Origin: Penicillus capitatus
Lineage: Eukaryota > Plantae > Chlorophyta
Direction: 5' to 3'
NCBI GenBank assembly: GCA_965649825.1
Contig: OZ287700.1
Location: 1,054,001 to 1,118,000 of the forward strand
DNA: 64,000 nt
Both the position numbers and the translations under genes were made by a program. Shown here piece after piece: positions 39,423-53,207 of this stretch. Below the pieces are notes generated by a model. It was not told the origin of the DNA. It was given only the letters and a program-made list of their open reading frames with translations, and searched no databases. The first letter of the stretch is position 1. Each line of letters begins with the position of its first letter.

Positions 39423-40482
39423 ATGTCTACTTGTTTTCAATGCGTTCCTCAAGGGACTGTGCGCATCGTCGAGCGCTTTGGCAAATTCAATCGCGTTGCA
39501 TACCCAGGCTTTAACTGCCTCTGGTGCTGCATCGGTACAGTCTCCCTTAACTCGATTCCCTTTTCGCGGCAACGATGCATGACCCAGGGGACTTTATTGC
39601 TGGGCACATGAATATGCGTATTCGCCAACTCGATGTCTCTGTGGAAACTAAAACGCATGACAACGTTTTCGTGCACCTGGTTGTCTCTGTCCAATACCAG
39701 GTATGACTATGCAACGAGCCGTGTCGGAGGATTAACCGGCTGGCTGCTAATCGAAGGTGCTTCGCGAAAACGTGTATGACGCTTTTTACAAACTGACGGA
39801 TTCGTCTTCGCAAATCCGAAGCTATGTCTTCGACGTCGTGCGTTCGACGGTGCCAAAGATGTCCCTCGACAACGTCTTTATCGTAATATCTCTGCCAAGC
39901 ACGTATGACCGCGGAGAAAACGTTGTTTGTTAGAGCAAAGAGGAGATCGCTGTGGATATCAAGCAAGAATTGACGAAGAGTATGGGCTCGTTCGGATTCG
40001 CCATCATCCAGACACTCGTCACAGACATTGTACCTGCACAGAAGGTGAAGGAAGCGATGAACGAAATCAATGCTGCCACACGCCTCAGGTGCAGCCGATT
40101 CGATTTCTAGCCAATTCTGATGAGCCCTTTTAGGGAGGCGGCCAAAGAGAAGGCCGAGGCGCATAAGATTAACATTGTCAAGGCGGCGGAAGCTGAGGCA
40201 GAAGCAAAGTATCTGTCAGGACAAGGTATTGCGCGTCAGAGACAGGCCATCATTGCTGGATTGCGTGAGTCCGTCATCGAATTCTCGCACGAGGTTCCAG
40301 GTGTCACCAATCAAGAAATCATGTCCATGATGATGATGACCCAGTACTTTGATACCATCAAGGACGTTGGAATGCATTCCAAGAACGGCACGATCTTTTT
40401 GCCCCATCAGCCTGGCGCCCTGAGCGACATCGCCAGTCAAGTCCGCGATGGCACTCTCCAGGCACAAGTTATGAAGAGATAG
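39423..40482 (+). CDS. HIR: Hypersensitive-induced response protein (SPFH/band-7)
   Basis: [63 protein letters not shown]. Confidence 0.92.
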
Positions 40483-40544
40483 GGTGGATGTATATAACCT
40501 GTCTCTTACCGTGGACGATTCATCTAACCATAGACTGTATGTAT

Positions 40545-40573
40545 CATCATCAATCACCATCACCATCACCATC
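40545..40573 (+). repeat. Short (CACCAT/CAT)n repeat in the 95-bp HIR-CBL spacer
   Basis: catcatcaatcaccatcaccatcaccatc read directly. Confidence 0.7.
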
Positions 40574-40576
40574 GAC

Positions 40577-42045
40577 ATGCTGTTTTGTTTGCATCGCCCC
40601 TTTAAATGTAACGCTGTTCGAAACCCAAAGCGTCTTTCGAGGCAGAGAAGACGACGAACGAAGGTGCACTGCGCCAAGGACCGTGACCATTGGCGTGTCG
40701 CAACGCGTTTGCTGCACCCGGAAAGCGAAAATTCTGATCCTTATCGCGCCGTCGCGCCTCCTCTGTATCAGACAGCGACATTCGATCAGCCATCGGCCGT
40801 GGAGATGGGCCCATACGACTACTCTCGCAGTGGCAATCCCACACGTACATTGCTGGAGGATCAGATCACCGAACTCGAAGGAGGCGTTAGCAGTTTTGCC
40901 TTCTCCAGTGGTATGGCGGCATTGGCTGTCGTCTGTAAGCTTCTCAAAATGGGCGATGGAATTCTCAGTGGCGACGATATCTATGGCGGGACGAGTCGAC
41001 TGTTGGCTCAAGTGGTGCCGAGTTATGGACTCCAGGTGCATCATGTTGATACGACGGATTTGCAGCAAGTGGAGGATCGTCTTCGGAAGGAGAGCATTCG
41101 GCTGGTGATGCTGGAATCGCCGACGAATCCTCGCATGCAGGTGTGCGATATCGAAGCGATCTGTCAAATGGCACATAATGCTGGTGCAATGGTCTGCGTG
41201 GATAACAGCATCTTGACAGCAGCAAACTGTCGACCACTGGAATTGGGAGCCGATATTTCGATGACGTCTGCCACGAAGTTCATTTCGGGTCATTCTGATG
41301 TGACAGGCGGCATGTTGTCCGTCAAGGACCCCGACTTGGCCAAACGCATCTACTTCGTTCAGGTAAGGACAGGAAAAGGACGCTTTGAGTAAAGAGATGT
41401 GTGATGATGTGACTGTTGGCAGAATGCGGAAGGAGCAATTCTGGGTCCGTTCGATTGCTGGCTCTGTCTAAGAGGCATCAAGACATTAGCTCTCAGAATG
41501 GAACGTCAAGTGCAGAACTGTGAGAAGATTGCCACGTTTCTTCAGGGACATCCTCTGGTAAAGACTCTCCATTGTCCTGGACTGCCATCAGATCCAGGAT
41601 ATGCCATTAACAAGAGACAAGTATGCGATGACAGTCTCGTTCGTTGTGTTAGATGTCTGTCTGCTTCAGGCACGCTGTGGTGGAAGTTTGCTGTCTTTCA
41701 CGACAGGTTCCATCGATGCTTCCCAGACGATTGCATCTGAAGCAGCGCTCTTCAAAATTACTGTGAGCTTTGGCAGTGTCGTGTCGCTCATCAGTATGCC
41801 CTGTTTCATGTCGCATGCTTCTGTCCCGGCCGAGGTGCGAGAGGCACGAGGATTGCCAGATGATCTCGTTCGGATCTCTGCAGGTCAGCTTCGCTTCCAT
41901 CTTCATTTCAGCTCGAACCGACAAACACACCATTGCAGGTATCGAAGATGCAGACGACTTGATTAAAGATCTGGATCAGGCCATGCAGAAAGCAATGGCA
42001 TTGCTCGAGAGCAGAAAGGCGACACCGTCTGGTCAGAAATCGTAA
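40577..42045 (+). CDS. CBL: Cystathionine beta-lyase, chloroplast
   Basis: PLYQTATF, YDYSRSGNPTR, FSSGMAAL, ESPTNP, SATKFISGHSDVTGG, PFDCWLCLRG, ITVSFGSVVSLISMPCFMSHAS. Confidence 0.95.
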
Positions 42046-42131
42046 AAGAGAGGTCCATGTGTCGTTCGTCGCGTACGACACATGTCTTTCTTTCTGTACA
42101 TCGAAGAAAGGGATTCGGTAGTGGTTGGCCG

Positions 42132-42977
42132 TTATTTGGGTCCACTGTTTTGCGAGGGACCACAACGTTTCACCATAACATCGTACAGTTGCTTTCCGTT
42201 GAATATGATGGGGAAGAAATGAATCTGGCCTTCCGGTTTTGTTTGATTCTCCTGCATAATCATACGTTGCCAGACAGTCAAGAATTGTCTTTCGTATCGT
42301 GTCTGTACCTTAAAGTAAACAAGTATTGGGAAACTTGGCCACCAGAATTCCCAATTCGTAAAGGTGTTGAACTTCCATCGATTCTCGCCTCCCACGAAAA
42401 CATTCTCTGTCTCTTTTTCATCTCCGACAAGTACTTCCTGCGAAGACGTGATCGAAATGGCGTCGAGGATAAGACGGGGGTACAAGGGTGTCTTTGCTGA
42501 ATCGGAATTTCACTCGAGTGGCCTGAACTGCCAGAAAAGTGCCGAGAATTCCGAAAAGAACACTCAGTGGAATGTTGTCTGATGCGAAGCTCAAAGCACT
42601 GATCCCCAGGAAACCCAATGGCAGGTTATAGGATCTCTCAGGTGTGACAACACCATCTCCCCGATTCGAATCGACGGCCTGGCGATCACTCGTGTGTCGA
42701 ATGGGACACATGGGTCAGCAGGGACCTGTCGTTTAAAGAGAGAAATCTGCTGGGCTCGAGGCAAGCGTCTTGTGTCAAACGCGATTTTGACTCGTGGGCT
42801 TGAGTGTGACGTACAGGAGTTGGAGCGATGAGCATCGCCTCTGTCATTGAACTGTTTAGTTGAGTGGAACGAAGCTCCTGCGAGAAAAGAAAGTCGGCTT
42901 GTCGTTTTGAACCTCCGATCGGTACCTGTCGATGCGAAGCGTTCTCGCCACGTGCACGTGCTCGATACTGCTTGCAT
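42132..42977 (-). CDS. DUF3119-family chloroplast membrane protein
   Basis: LFGILGTFLAVQATRVKFRF, ENVFVGGENRW, WEFWWPSFPILVYFK, QIHFFPIIF, preceded by a transit-peptide-like region. Confidence 0.8.
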
Positions 42978-44500
42978 CGCAGACGATCGACCTGTTAGAA
43001 ACGATCGATTGCTGTCGATTGGATCGCAGAAGGACTCAATGTGACGACACGTGACGGATGCTGTTCATTGTCTTTCTGTCGATTTGGTTTATTGATTATT
43101 CTTTAGCTTTCCACACAAGCCGTTACCATTTTGGATCAAGCGCAGAGTGATGGGAGCTTTTTAAATCGTTTCTTTTTCGATACCTCTCTGTCGTCCAAGT
43201 TTTAGTGCAGCAATGTGACGGGCGTCGTAATCGACGACGGCGATAGGGCAACAATGATGACATACGTCTCTGCCTATTTTGCCGGCAGGATGAACGAGAT
43301 CTCTAGACGATCGCACTCGGGATAGAGACTCTCTGCTCATTGTCTGTTAGTCTAAGTCGCGTTGAGATGAAATCGGCGTCGAGGTGTTTCCGATACAAAC
43401 AAAAAGGATCGAGATGATCGAGCTTCGTTAAATCGAAATCCTGTTTGTAAGGCCGATTGGCATGGAGTTAATGTGTCAAGCGCGCGTCAACTTGGTTCTT
43501 AGCACACTCCGATCTAAAACACGGATTAGCCACGATCTCCGAAATCTGTACTCTCTCGTGTAAGTCATCTCTGCTTTTGAACGATTGTGCACGACAACAG
43601 ATTTCGTCGCGTCATCCACAGGTGCATCATCGCAATCTCTGGGTTCGATCGATTCGTCCGGACTTGTGCAAAGATATCGTCTAAGACTCTCATGTCTTGA
43701 CTCTGAGTACTATCGATCTTGCTCGCCCTTTTTGTCTGAACAATTAAAAAGATCCATATCAACGCAGATACAATGTCGATCGTCTTCGTTCTGTCAAGTA
43801 AATCGGATCCTGGTTACCGATATCGACGAGTGATGGATATCTATGTTCTTACTGCAAGAACAGATTTGTTGTACGTGTTATTGCTTGTCTATTGCGATCG
43901 TGGCTGAGTGTCTCGACTGTGGCAAAGAATCTGTCGATAATGTCGATCGGGATAGAGTGGTGCCACTACATCGGCTCTGTTGGTGTGAATCCAGAGATAT
44001 TATGAACAGATTTTTTAGAATATCCTCAAAAACAGCGATCGAAACCGATCGTCGGTGTTCGGCCTTGAATCTTCTCATCCGTCCTTTGATTGTACCGATC
44101 TCTCTCTCAGCGGCTCTCGTTCGATTGTCGTGTAATGGCGACTGACGTCGCATGAGGTGTCCACTTCTTTTCGAACCATTGATCGACTTCGATCAGCAAA
44201 GTACTTTCACATTGTCCATGAAGACGGTGGCGATTCATATTCTTCTATCAGTCTTTTCTGTTTTCATCGATAGAGTCTGTTAAAGGATCGTTTGTCCTCA
44301 TAGCAGTATGCATTTTTAATCTATCGTCCATCGCGAAGAAAGACTATTATTCTCCACGGTTCTATATCAGAAGCAGAAAGTATTCCATACAAAGCAACTC
44401 ATTGGTTTTCTTTGGTGGAAATCTGTGCATGGATCACTGGCTTCTTTTGCGACAATCTCTGACAAATCAAACAACAGTAACCCGGTACCGTGCAACGATA

Positions 44501-46055
44501 CTGTGGCGCACCCGTCCACCTCCGGCCGGTCGCCGCCACCGGACGCCGAGATGTTGGTACCCTGTCCGAGCCCTCTTTTGTCCGATGCGTCATGGAAGTC
44601 CAGCTCGGGCGCCATGCGATCCCGACCACCGTAGAAGTCTCGACGGTGCTCCCCTCGGCAGTCGGATCTTTTTTGATTGCCGAGGACAGCACCGTCCTAC
44701 ATCCAGTTAGGGCCGGCACCACAGTGGCGACGGAACGCGGCGAGGAGACCATCATGGGATACGCGTGGCTGCCCGTCGTCAAATGGCCGTATGCCACCAT
44801 GAAGCGCTTTGCCGTCCTGCCCCGCCCAATCTGCCGAATCGGTGGCGGCCAAGGCGCATTCCTGCTGAGAAACCGCGAGATCTCAGCGCCCCAGTTCACA
44901 TACGTGGATAGTCGTGCACCCTTTTTCACCACCGTGTTGGTGCTAGACACATTGCAATACCTGACGTAGCGCCACGACCCCAAGCATCCGCCGCAGTTTT
45001 CTTGTTCGTGTGCTGTGTTTCCTTGTGTCCTTCGTTCATAGACCGTGACCTCTGTGTAATCGCATCGCTGTTTAACACGAACGCCTCGCCGACTGCCATG
45101 CTTGCGCCTTTACGTCCCCCATCGCAGCGGATAGTGTGGTGTGCCCATGTAACGCACTTTGGGCCGAGGATGACTCAGTGCTTTGCGATAGCGCGACGCG
45201 GCGCGTGAAACAACACAGAATCGGCGACGCAGCTTATGTACAGTGATGTGACGTGACACCGCGTCCTGTAGGCTGAGTAATCATCCTACTATCTCACCAA
45301 CTCATTACTTAACTGTGACTCTCACTCTGTCACAGCAATCCCCACAGATCTCACTCGAATCTCATCGAATCAGATGGGACCCCCAAAGCCTAGAAGCGCT
45401 TTGTGCCACGAAAACAATTGCCTCACTCTAATGAGGCCGCGCATGACTCTTCTGCGCTGAACATCCACCGAATCTGGCCGGAAGGCCTACTCACATATAA
45501 AAACCCAATGCGCGCACCTGAAAAAACACTTCGCGCATCACACTAATCCACAATCAACAAGAACAAGCTGCAGAACTGTCCGATTTCGAGGCCCCAAAGT
45601 CGTGAGCACTGCCCTGACCACCAGAACCTTGTCTCCTGAGTCGCAGCCGCCCAAAGCGCCGTCGCAGAACGCCTCAACCAAGTTCGCGCCACTTCACTGT
45701 AACACGGGCAACTTCCCACAGAGGACGTCGCTTGAGTTGAGACTTGGCAAGAAGGCATCTCCGGAGACCCGCTATCCAACGCCGAAGACAGTGCCCCGAA
45801 CGACTGCCCCGTCGCTGAGAACCGAGAAGTCGCATGGCGCGCAGATTCAGGTGTAACGCGCACGCATGGAAAGAAGGTACGGCCGAGGACACCGTATGCG
45901 TAGCAATGCATACGACGCCCTCGACCGTATGGGGTGGCCAGGAACACGAGCAACACGACTTCCGCTGCGCAAGTGTCACATCGTCTGTATCACCCAGAGT
46001 AAGCGGCCCGCCGCCTCTGGTCGCCAGCGGCCGGAGGTGGACGGGTGTGCCACAG
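44501..46055. mobile_element. Non-autonomous DNA transposon, 1555 bp, with 28-bp TIRs and an ATA target-site duplication
   Basis: Left end CTGTGGCGCACCCGTCCACCTCCGGCCG (44501-44528). The right end reverse-complement (46028-46055) differs at 1 base. ATA lies at 44498-44500 and 46056-46058. No transposase recognised. Confidence 0.85.
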
Positions 46056-47736
46056 ATACAATCACTAGGAGAAAAGATTTCGTTTTCTCTCAAATTTGGT
46101 TGCTTCTTTATCGGTATGCAGATTCCTGTGATCGTTTTTATGAAACGCTCTAATCAAACACAGTCAACGATCATAGTTACCCATTTTTCGCAGTCGTCTC
46201 TGTTAGACTTTTCTTTGCATTGTCTTCGATCTTTCGTTTTCGATGGGAGGCTGAAAACTACCAATTTAAACGTCAAGGAAACTATATAAGCATAAATGAT
46301 GAATCCTCACGGTCACTCGAGACTCGCCGGCTGTAACCGATTACTGCAAGTAGTCTCACTAGTCTCACTGTAGATATCGCACATGTCGCAGGAATTTGAC
46401 CAATGTCCTCACAAGTTACTGCCCCTGAATGCGTATAAAATGTGATGCACCGTCTAGTTGTCGACTTCATCATTGACTATAGAGTTAAGTGGTGAGCCCC
46501 AATTCTCCAAGCACTCCAATGGCATATCCGTCGATCGACGAATCCAACTTCAAGTACACGACGAGTCAGATCGACAGCCCGCGACACATGATCTTGCCCT
46601 CTGTCAACTAATCGATCATAATCGATAGGCACTCGCCGTCATCTGATGCTAACAGCACCCGACGATTTGGTTGGCGATTTGGTTCTATGCTAACTTCGTC
46701 ATCGATTGTAATCGATCGAAGGAAACTCGATCTGATCGAGGTTACATCATCCTGATTTGCGGAGGACACACCGTCTATCATGAATCTTGCTGTCGGATCA
46801 AGACTCGTCTTCGTTAGTATCAACAGTGCCTGCAAGTTCGTTTGTCGAATCCGTAACATTTGTGCTTTCTAAAACAAGAACACGAATCTTCATTAAAGGG
46901 TCTTTCTTACAGAGGCTTTGATCAGCTCATTGATGTCTTCTTTTGATCCAAGACAACGTCGTCATCATTCCCCTTACTAACACTTGGAATGTATTTGCTG
47001 TCGCTCTCGTAAAAAAACGCACACAAACGCAAATGATCTTGCCGAACAAGATCTTCAAAAAGAATCACCATCCCCATCTCTATAACGTGACAGTGATATC
47101 TGGGATGTTTATAACGATGATGGGATAACGTATCGTTGCGTTCGATTGTCATCGATCACATCCATCATTCACTTCTGCTTCGAATGGCAGTCAATCGCGC
47201 CTCAATCGCAGCGATATCTGTTAGAACATAGGGTGTCGACAAATGGTCTAAGCGCGTTTAGGTTCGACAGCAGTTTTGCGAGTTGATAATCGAGATCACG
47301 TTTATGTCCGCCCGACTGACTGACTGACGTGACGTCTGTATCTCGAACGTCAAGGCTATCCATCATCAGAAAGCTTTTATTGACACGGCGCATAGATTCG
47401 ACAAGCCTTTACCGTTCGAGAATTCCGAGGCTCGTTGGTCGTTTTCACGTACTGACTCTCGATAGGCGACATCAAGTCCATTTCATATCATTGTCGATTT
47501 GACAGGAAGATAACTGTCGTCTCGCTGCCAGTCTGGATGATCAGGTGAACGATGAGGGCGCTTATCTACGACGTATAAAAGGGGAATAACTGCGCATTGT
47601 TGTATCCCTTTCTAGTGTTAATACACACGCCAAACTGAGTTTAGAACAGTATCGCTCGAGTCTTCGTGTATCGCAAATAACATCCATACCTTCAACCCTC
47701 ATTTCGTAATTTGCTGTCTTGTTTCCCGGCTGAGCA

Positions 47737-49641
47737 ATGGGTTCCCCTCTGGCATTCGCTTTTTCGGCGAGCTTTCTCTTTGGCATCAGTGTCACCGCCG
47801 GCCTTGCGCTCTTCTACTACTTAAGGAATAGACGACGGCAAAGACATCGTGCAGGAGGACGTCATCCGGTGACAAACATATCCATCCTTTGTCATGTTGC
47901 AGGGCTACTCTATGTGTAAAGGCTAACGGTGGCGGTAACGATGGCTATGGCGGTGACGATGGCAGTTTCCGTGACGATGGCCGCCAGCCGGACGGTAGCG
48001 ATGACAACGACGACGTCTACAAACCACCTCGTTACTCGCCTACGGCCTTCAATATCATCCTCGCTGATGTCTACACACGACTGGTACTGTGTCGTTTGGT
48101 CGCGGATGAATGAACGCCTTACTTGTTGTTTTGCGCAACAGGCGTCTGATCCAAACGTTCAAGAAGAGGTCAACAGAGCAATCGACAGAGACCCCGAGCT
48201 CCGCGAACTGATAAATGACATCGGAGGTATCTTTGATCTTCCGATTTGGTTCTCATCTCTGTTTGAATGCCTGCTAGGTGACAAAGCAGGCACTCTTCTT
48301 CTTCTTCGTCGTGGTGGTGGACCGCATCGGAATTAATCATGGACAGAGAATTGTGCGATCGCTTGCTATAATGTGTACCCACCCACCCTTGTTTATATAG
48401 TCCTTCTGAGCTAACAGTCCATGTCGGTACTGGGTGAGTCATGCCCACTCGTATCAACTCCGCTGTACATGGCGCAACGCTACTGAGCCGTCGTTCTGAA
48501 TTCGCTCCCCGCTCTACAGTCATCGACGACCTTGACGTTTTCTTTTTTTCCTGAGCATGTCTACCCGCACACACTTGACAGATGTTCGACGACGTGGAGC
48601 CGTCGTCAACCCAAAAGGAACATCGTCGATTCCGGCAACGCGTCTCACCGCGGAGGATAGCTACCCGAAAGACGTAAGTATCACACGCGTGGCTTTACTC
48701 GCGCCGTTTTGCAGCGAACTGTTACAGATAATCGAAGGACCGTCACCAAAGCCACAAAAAACGCACTTCGAACAGGTGCGTTGCGCCCAGTAAATATCTG
48801 CGCCGTCATTCTCACAACCATTTTCCAGAACGACAGAGGGATGATGTCTCTTGTTCGAAACTTCAAAGGCGATGACCCGTCCTTCACCAAAGAAGAGATC
48901 GACACAACTGTAGAAGAGATCCGAATTCGTGCCTTTCGTCCGGCACTGTCTGTCACGCCTTCCATGATCGAGATAGAGCATGCCCTTATAGGACTGTGGA
49001 GAATAATCATGCAGCGATGGCCTTAGCAGTGCCGTCCATCCTATCGACCATGGACCGCTTACAATTCAACACGCTCCTCAACGCCTCAAGTCGGCTGGTT
49101 CATTCCCACACGCATCAAAGAAGGCTCGTGTGACGTCTGTTCCTGTTAGTTACTTAACGAAGACGTCCAACGCGAGATCGGGATGGCCATCGCGACGGAT
49201 ACCGATTTGCTCGATCTCGTCACGGGCAAGACTCAGGTGTCCATCGCTCTTGTCCAGAGGCGAGACACTGAACTGCAGAACCAGGTGCTTGAGGAACCTC
49301 ATCGAGGCCTTGTGCGCCACCACTGTGGGGACACTGCAGTGAAGAATGCCTTTCTGACGTCTGGCTGGATGCACAACGGCTGGCTACTCCTTTCCCGTAT
49401 TTGCAACGAGGCCTACGAGACATTTCGATCGACACTGCTGCCATACCTGCAGAAGCGTCTGTCCATTTTGGGCGACCACATTTTTGACGTTCTGGGCAAA
49501 CTCGACCGCGAAGACGTCCAGAAGATTGAGGGACTCGCCCTCCAGACTGGAGACATGTTTGGACTCGCACCCACCGCCAGAGTCACCATCGCCGCAGCTT
49601 TCATTCTGTTGAACATGATGCACAAACGTGCTCTCAAGTGA
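47737..49641 (+). CDS. Orphan N-anchored membrane protein with an internal duplication (model partly uncertain; could be two genes)
   Basis: N-terminal TM segment followed by RNRRRQRHR, a G/D-rich linker, two similar helical units and many GT-AG introns. The middle exons could not be joined with certainty. Confidence 0.5.
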
Positions 49642-49764
49642 ATTCCTCGACGTTTCGTCATTTAAGCTTGTGTAAATTATGCGACTATGCGAGCCGTTCG
49701 CTCACATTTCTCAAGACATCGACATCGCGGAATCGCGAATCGTCAAGCGTCGCCACTACACCAA

Positions 49765-52700
49765 ATGAGTTCTGCAGAAATGTCGGCGGACCTGCAGTCG
49801 ACGCCGGAAGGAAAGAATTCATCCATTCCCGATACGTCTCAACTCTACGTCAAGGTATACCACACGGCACACGCATGTCAGAGGCGATATCTGTCGCTCC
49901 TGTTCGTCCACTCTAGGTTTCACACGCCAGAGATCTGATGGCCATGGATTCCAATGGAAAGAGTGACCCATTCTGTATTATCCGTGTGGATAAGAAGACC
50001 CACAAGACATCGACTAAGATGAAGACTTTGGATCCTGTCTGGAACGAGACATTCTCTTTTCGGTCCAAAGACGTGGCGGCGGCGAATGGGACAGTACTTT
50101 TTGAGCTATTCGACAAAGACCAGTGGACGTCGGATGACTTCCTAGGCCGAGTTAGGAATTGCTTTATTATCCGTCCGCATTCCGATGCATCGTTGGCGTG
50201 CTGTCTACAGGCAGAGATCAATATTCATGAGATTTTGACAGAACCTGAACAAACAGAGGCTATAGAACTAGAACTAGCAAAGAAGTGGAATCTGCATTCA
50301 ATGTTCTCTGCCAAACATCACAGTAAAAGCTTAGGACATGTGAGATGCATTTCCATTGAGGACAGTTTTTGAACTCTGTCATTGGCAGGTTACTGTTGTT
50401 CTGTGGTGGGGAGCAACAGAGGTATCCGAAGAAGTGACGTGCAGCACACTCAACCTCTCTAATGGTGACACAGACATCAACGACAGAGCAATAGACAAGG
50501 GTTCTGTGTAGCCGCCGGCGGCTCGTGTGCGAGTGTCGATGCCGGAGCTCAGAGGGTGAAGAGGACAGATGTCTATCCCTCAGAGAACCATCCGCGTTCT
50601 CTTCCCTCCATTATTCATACGTCTCGTGGATCTGTCTTTGAGGAACCGGTGACGGCTGTACTTCTTATTCATGTCACACAGGTCCCGGCATCAAGTGATG
50701 ATCGATTGGACGATTGAGGTTGCTTAGGTGGAACTGCGCCTCGATCCTTGTGCTGGATTGAACACCATCTGTCCGACGAAATGCATCATCCGATCAACGC
50801 ATTGCGCTGCAAAGCGCCATGTGAGTCGATTGCTGGGCAATCTGGTGCACAGTAAACGATTGTCGTCGCTGAGAACTTTGGGTTATGGAAACCGCCATTC
50901 GCATTCTTACTCTGACAGTCCGTCATTGGACTACGGCTCTATGTCCCACGCCAGCAGATTCCTTGGCAAATTGGTCGACGATGGCAGCAGCTCAGATGAG
51001 GATAGCGACGAGACAGCCAATAGAAACGATGATTCCGACGAGACGGCATCAGCTGTCACCGATCTCGACATCAAGGAAGAAACACAGTGGTTCTATGAAG
51101 TCGGTCTTGCACACGCATCTCTGTGCATTCATGTAGACAGTGCCTTCAGGTGAAACTCTTTGACCAGGTTCGCCGTTCCGATAGCGTTGGATACGTTGTG
51201 AACTCCGGAGAGAAGATGGATTTCGATGACCCTGTGGTCATTGTCGCCCAGCTTCCTTTGCCCAATGTCAACGTCAGCATCTCCATGTGCAAGAAATCGA
51301 AGAACAGGTTGGCTATCTCTGCCATCCATCCCTGTCTCTGCCAATCATTATCTGTATTACTAGACGCCACCCCCTTCGCATTCCTTTCAACGTTTCGCTT
51401 TTTGATATCATGGATGACGACGATGGCTTGATCGCCACAACAGACAACGGTTAGGAAATCACTCGTGGCGAGGTTTTCACTTTTGGAGATGTGTGCAGGA
51501 AGTATGACGATTCATTACAAACTGATTCCATTAGATGATCGACCCGGCGTGATGGACATTCCTGCCAAGCTCGATCAGGAAGAACATAGACTCACAGCAT
51601 CCCAACCCATACAGAGCGTCCTCAGCGGCGATGCAGATGATACGTCGACAGACCTCTCAGATCTGGGAGCCGTTTTGGCCAAGGCGACGTCGATCGTGGA
51701 AGACTCCATGGAGATCGATCGGGAAAGGGATATCGTTATCGGTCGCTTTTTCGTTTGTTTAGACAAAGTGGAGTTGCCTCAGCTAAAGAACAACGTGCAT
51801 TCGTGCTTCTGTGTGATGAAATGTCAACATCACTGGGTCATGACCTCATCCCTGCCCGCGCTGCCAACCCTCTTCTGGAGATGGCTGGTGAAACTGCCAG
51901 TCTACGATCCAGCAACGATCGTGTCTCTCTCCGTCTTCGGAGGAACTGGACGTCTGGGCCAGGTTTCTTATCCATCATTGTTACAGTAGTGACCTTACTG
52001 TGTGTCCTCTTGACAGTGTACACGACTTGGTAAGCTGCGCGTGCGGCTTTCGACGCTGCAGCCAGGAAAGATGTACGATTCTTGGTTGCCCTTTGTATCG
52101 AATGGCACCGAAGTGGGTCGTGCAAAGCTCGCATTCAGGGTGTCCTATCCTTCCGAGGTTGATCTCATGAGAGGATACGTCAAGAGCCAGTTTCAGAAAG
52201 AGATCTATGACTATGGTCTGTCCGAGGGATCTGCAAAGTCCATCATTCGGAAAGAACAGAGAAAACTGATCGTCCAGTACCATCCATCTAGATTCTTCTA
52301 AGTGTGATGAGATGCGAGTGTCAGGTGGTTGGATACAAGCGAACCTCGAATCTCGAGGTACGTCTCTCATCAGGTGCTGGACCTGGAGAAAGAGTCCTTC
52401 AGCCGAAAGCGCTTTACCGTACATATTCGTCGTCTTCAGCATTGTTTTGCCTTCTTTGGCCCTCTTGGCAGCAAATTCTCCTCCCTGCAGAGATGGGACA
52501 ATTCCTACGAGAGTGCGGCAGTCTGTGCGGGGATTTGGATCGTCGCATGGCATCTGACGTCAGCTCTTGTCCTTGTTTTATTGCTCCTGTTCTGGTTGGT
52601 GACGCTACAGTATAGAGTGCCATCAGGACCGCCGTCTATGGCTGATCCTATTCTGATGCTCCCGACACCGACGGAAGCATCCAGTCCCTCAGCAGAGCGC

Positions 52701-53036
52701 ACGCCGGAGCAGCATGGCAATCCGTACCTTCTTTTGAAGTCCCGTTATGATCAGATTCAGTCGACACTGGTGAAGATTCAAAAGATCCTCGACTCGATCG
52801 CGAGTTTCTGTGAGAAAGTCCATGCACTGATCTCTTGGAGAGATCCCGTAGCGACAAGACTGTTGACCATCGGATTGTTGATCGGCATCGTGGCCATTTC
52901 GTTGACGGGCGTGAGATTCTGTGTCTGCTTTGGATTGTGCTGGATGTTGAGGCCGCCTATCTTGAGAGATACACTTCCACCTCCGCCGATCAATTTCTTC
53001 AAGAGACTTCCATCAAAATCTGATCAGATCATCTAG
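49765..53036 (+). CDS. MCTP: Multiple C2-domain and transmembrane protein (MCTP/FTIP/QUIRKY-like, PRT_C)
   Basis: MDSNGKSDPFC..KTLDPVWNETF, LFDKDQWTSDDFLG, further C2 units, RYDQIQ..LDSIASFCEKVHALISWRDPVAT, NFFKRLPSKSD. Confidence 0.88.
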
Positions 53037-53207
53037 TAAACGCGATTTGCATGCAACGCTATGCGCCTTTCTGTGAAACGACGGAGAAGTCTTCGACACA
53101 AGAGACGGAGTGCACGCAATTCTCATGAATACATACATCATCATCTGCTACGACTACATACCCGACGGTTGTTATCCCGGATTGTTTAGATCTAGTGACA
53201 AAAGCAA

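Noticed and set aside
44399-46289. Overlapping 100-190 aa ORFs on both strands of the TIR element
   Set aside because: They run across the element boundaries, lack DDE or DNA-binding motifs, and their shared PVHLRP peptide simply translates the TIR.
46600-47700. Short ORFs right of the transposon
   Set aside because: No motif, no coherent splicing, and stops in all frames.
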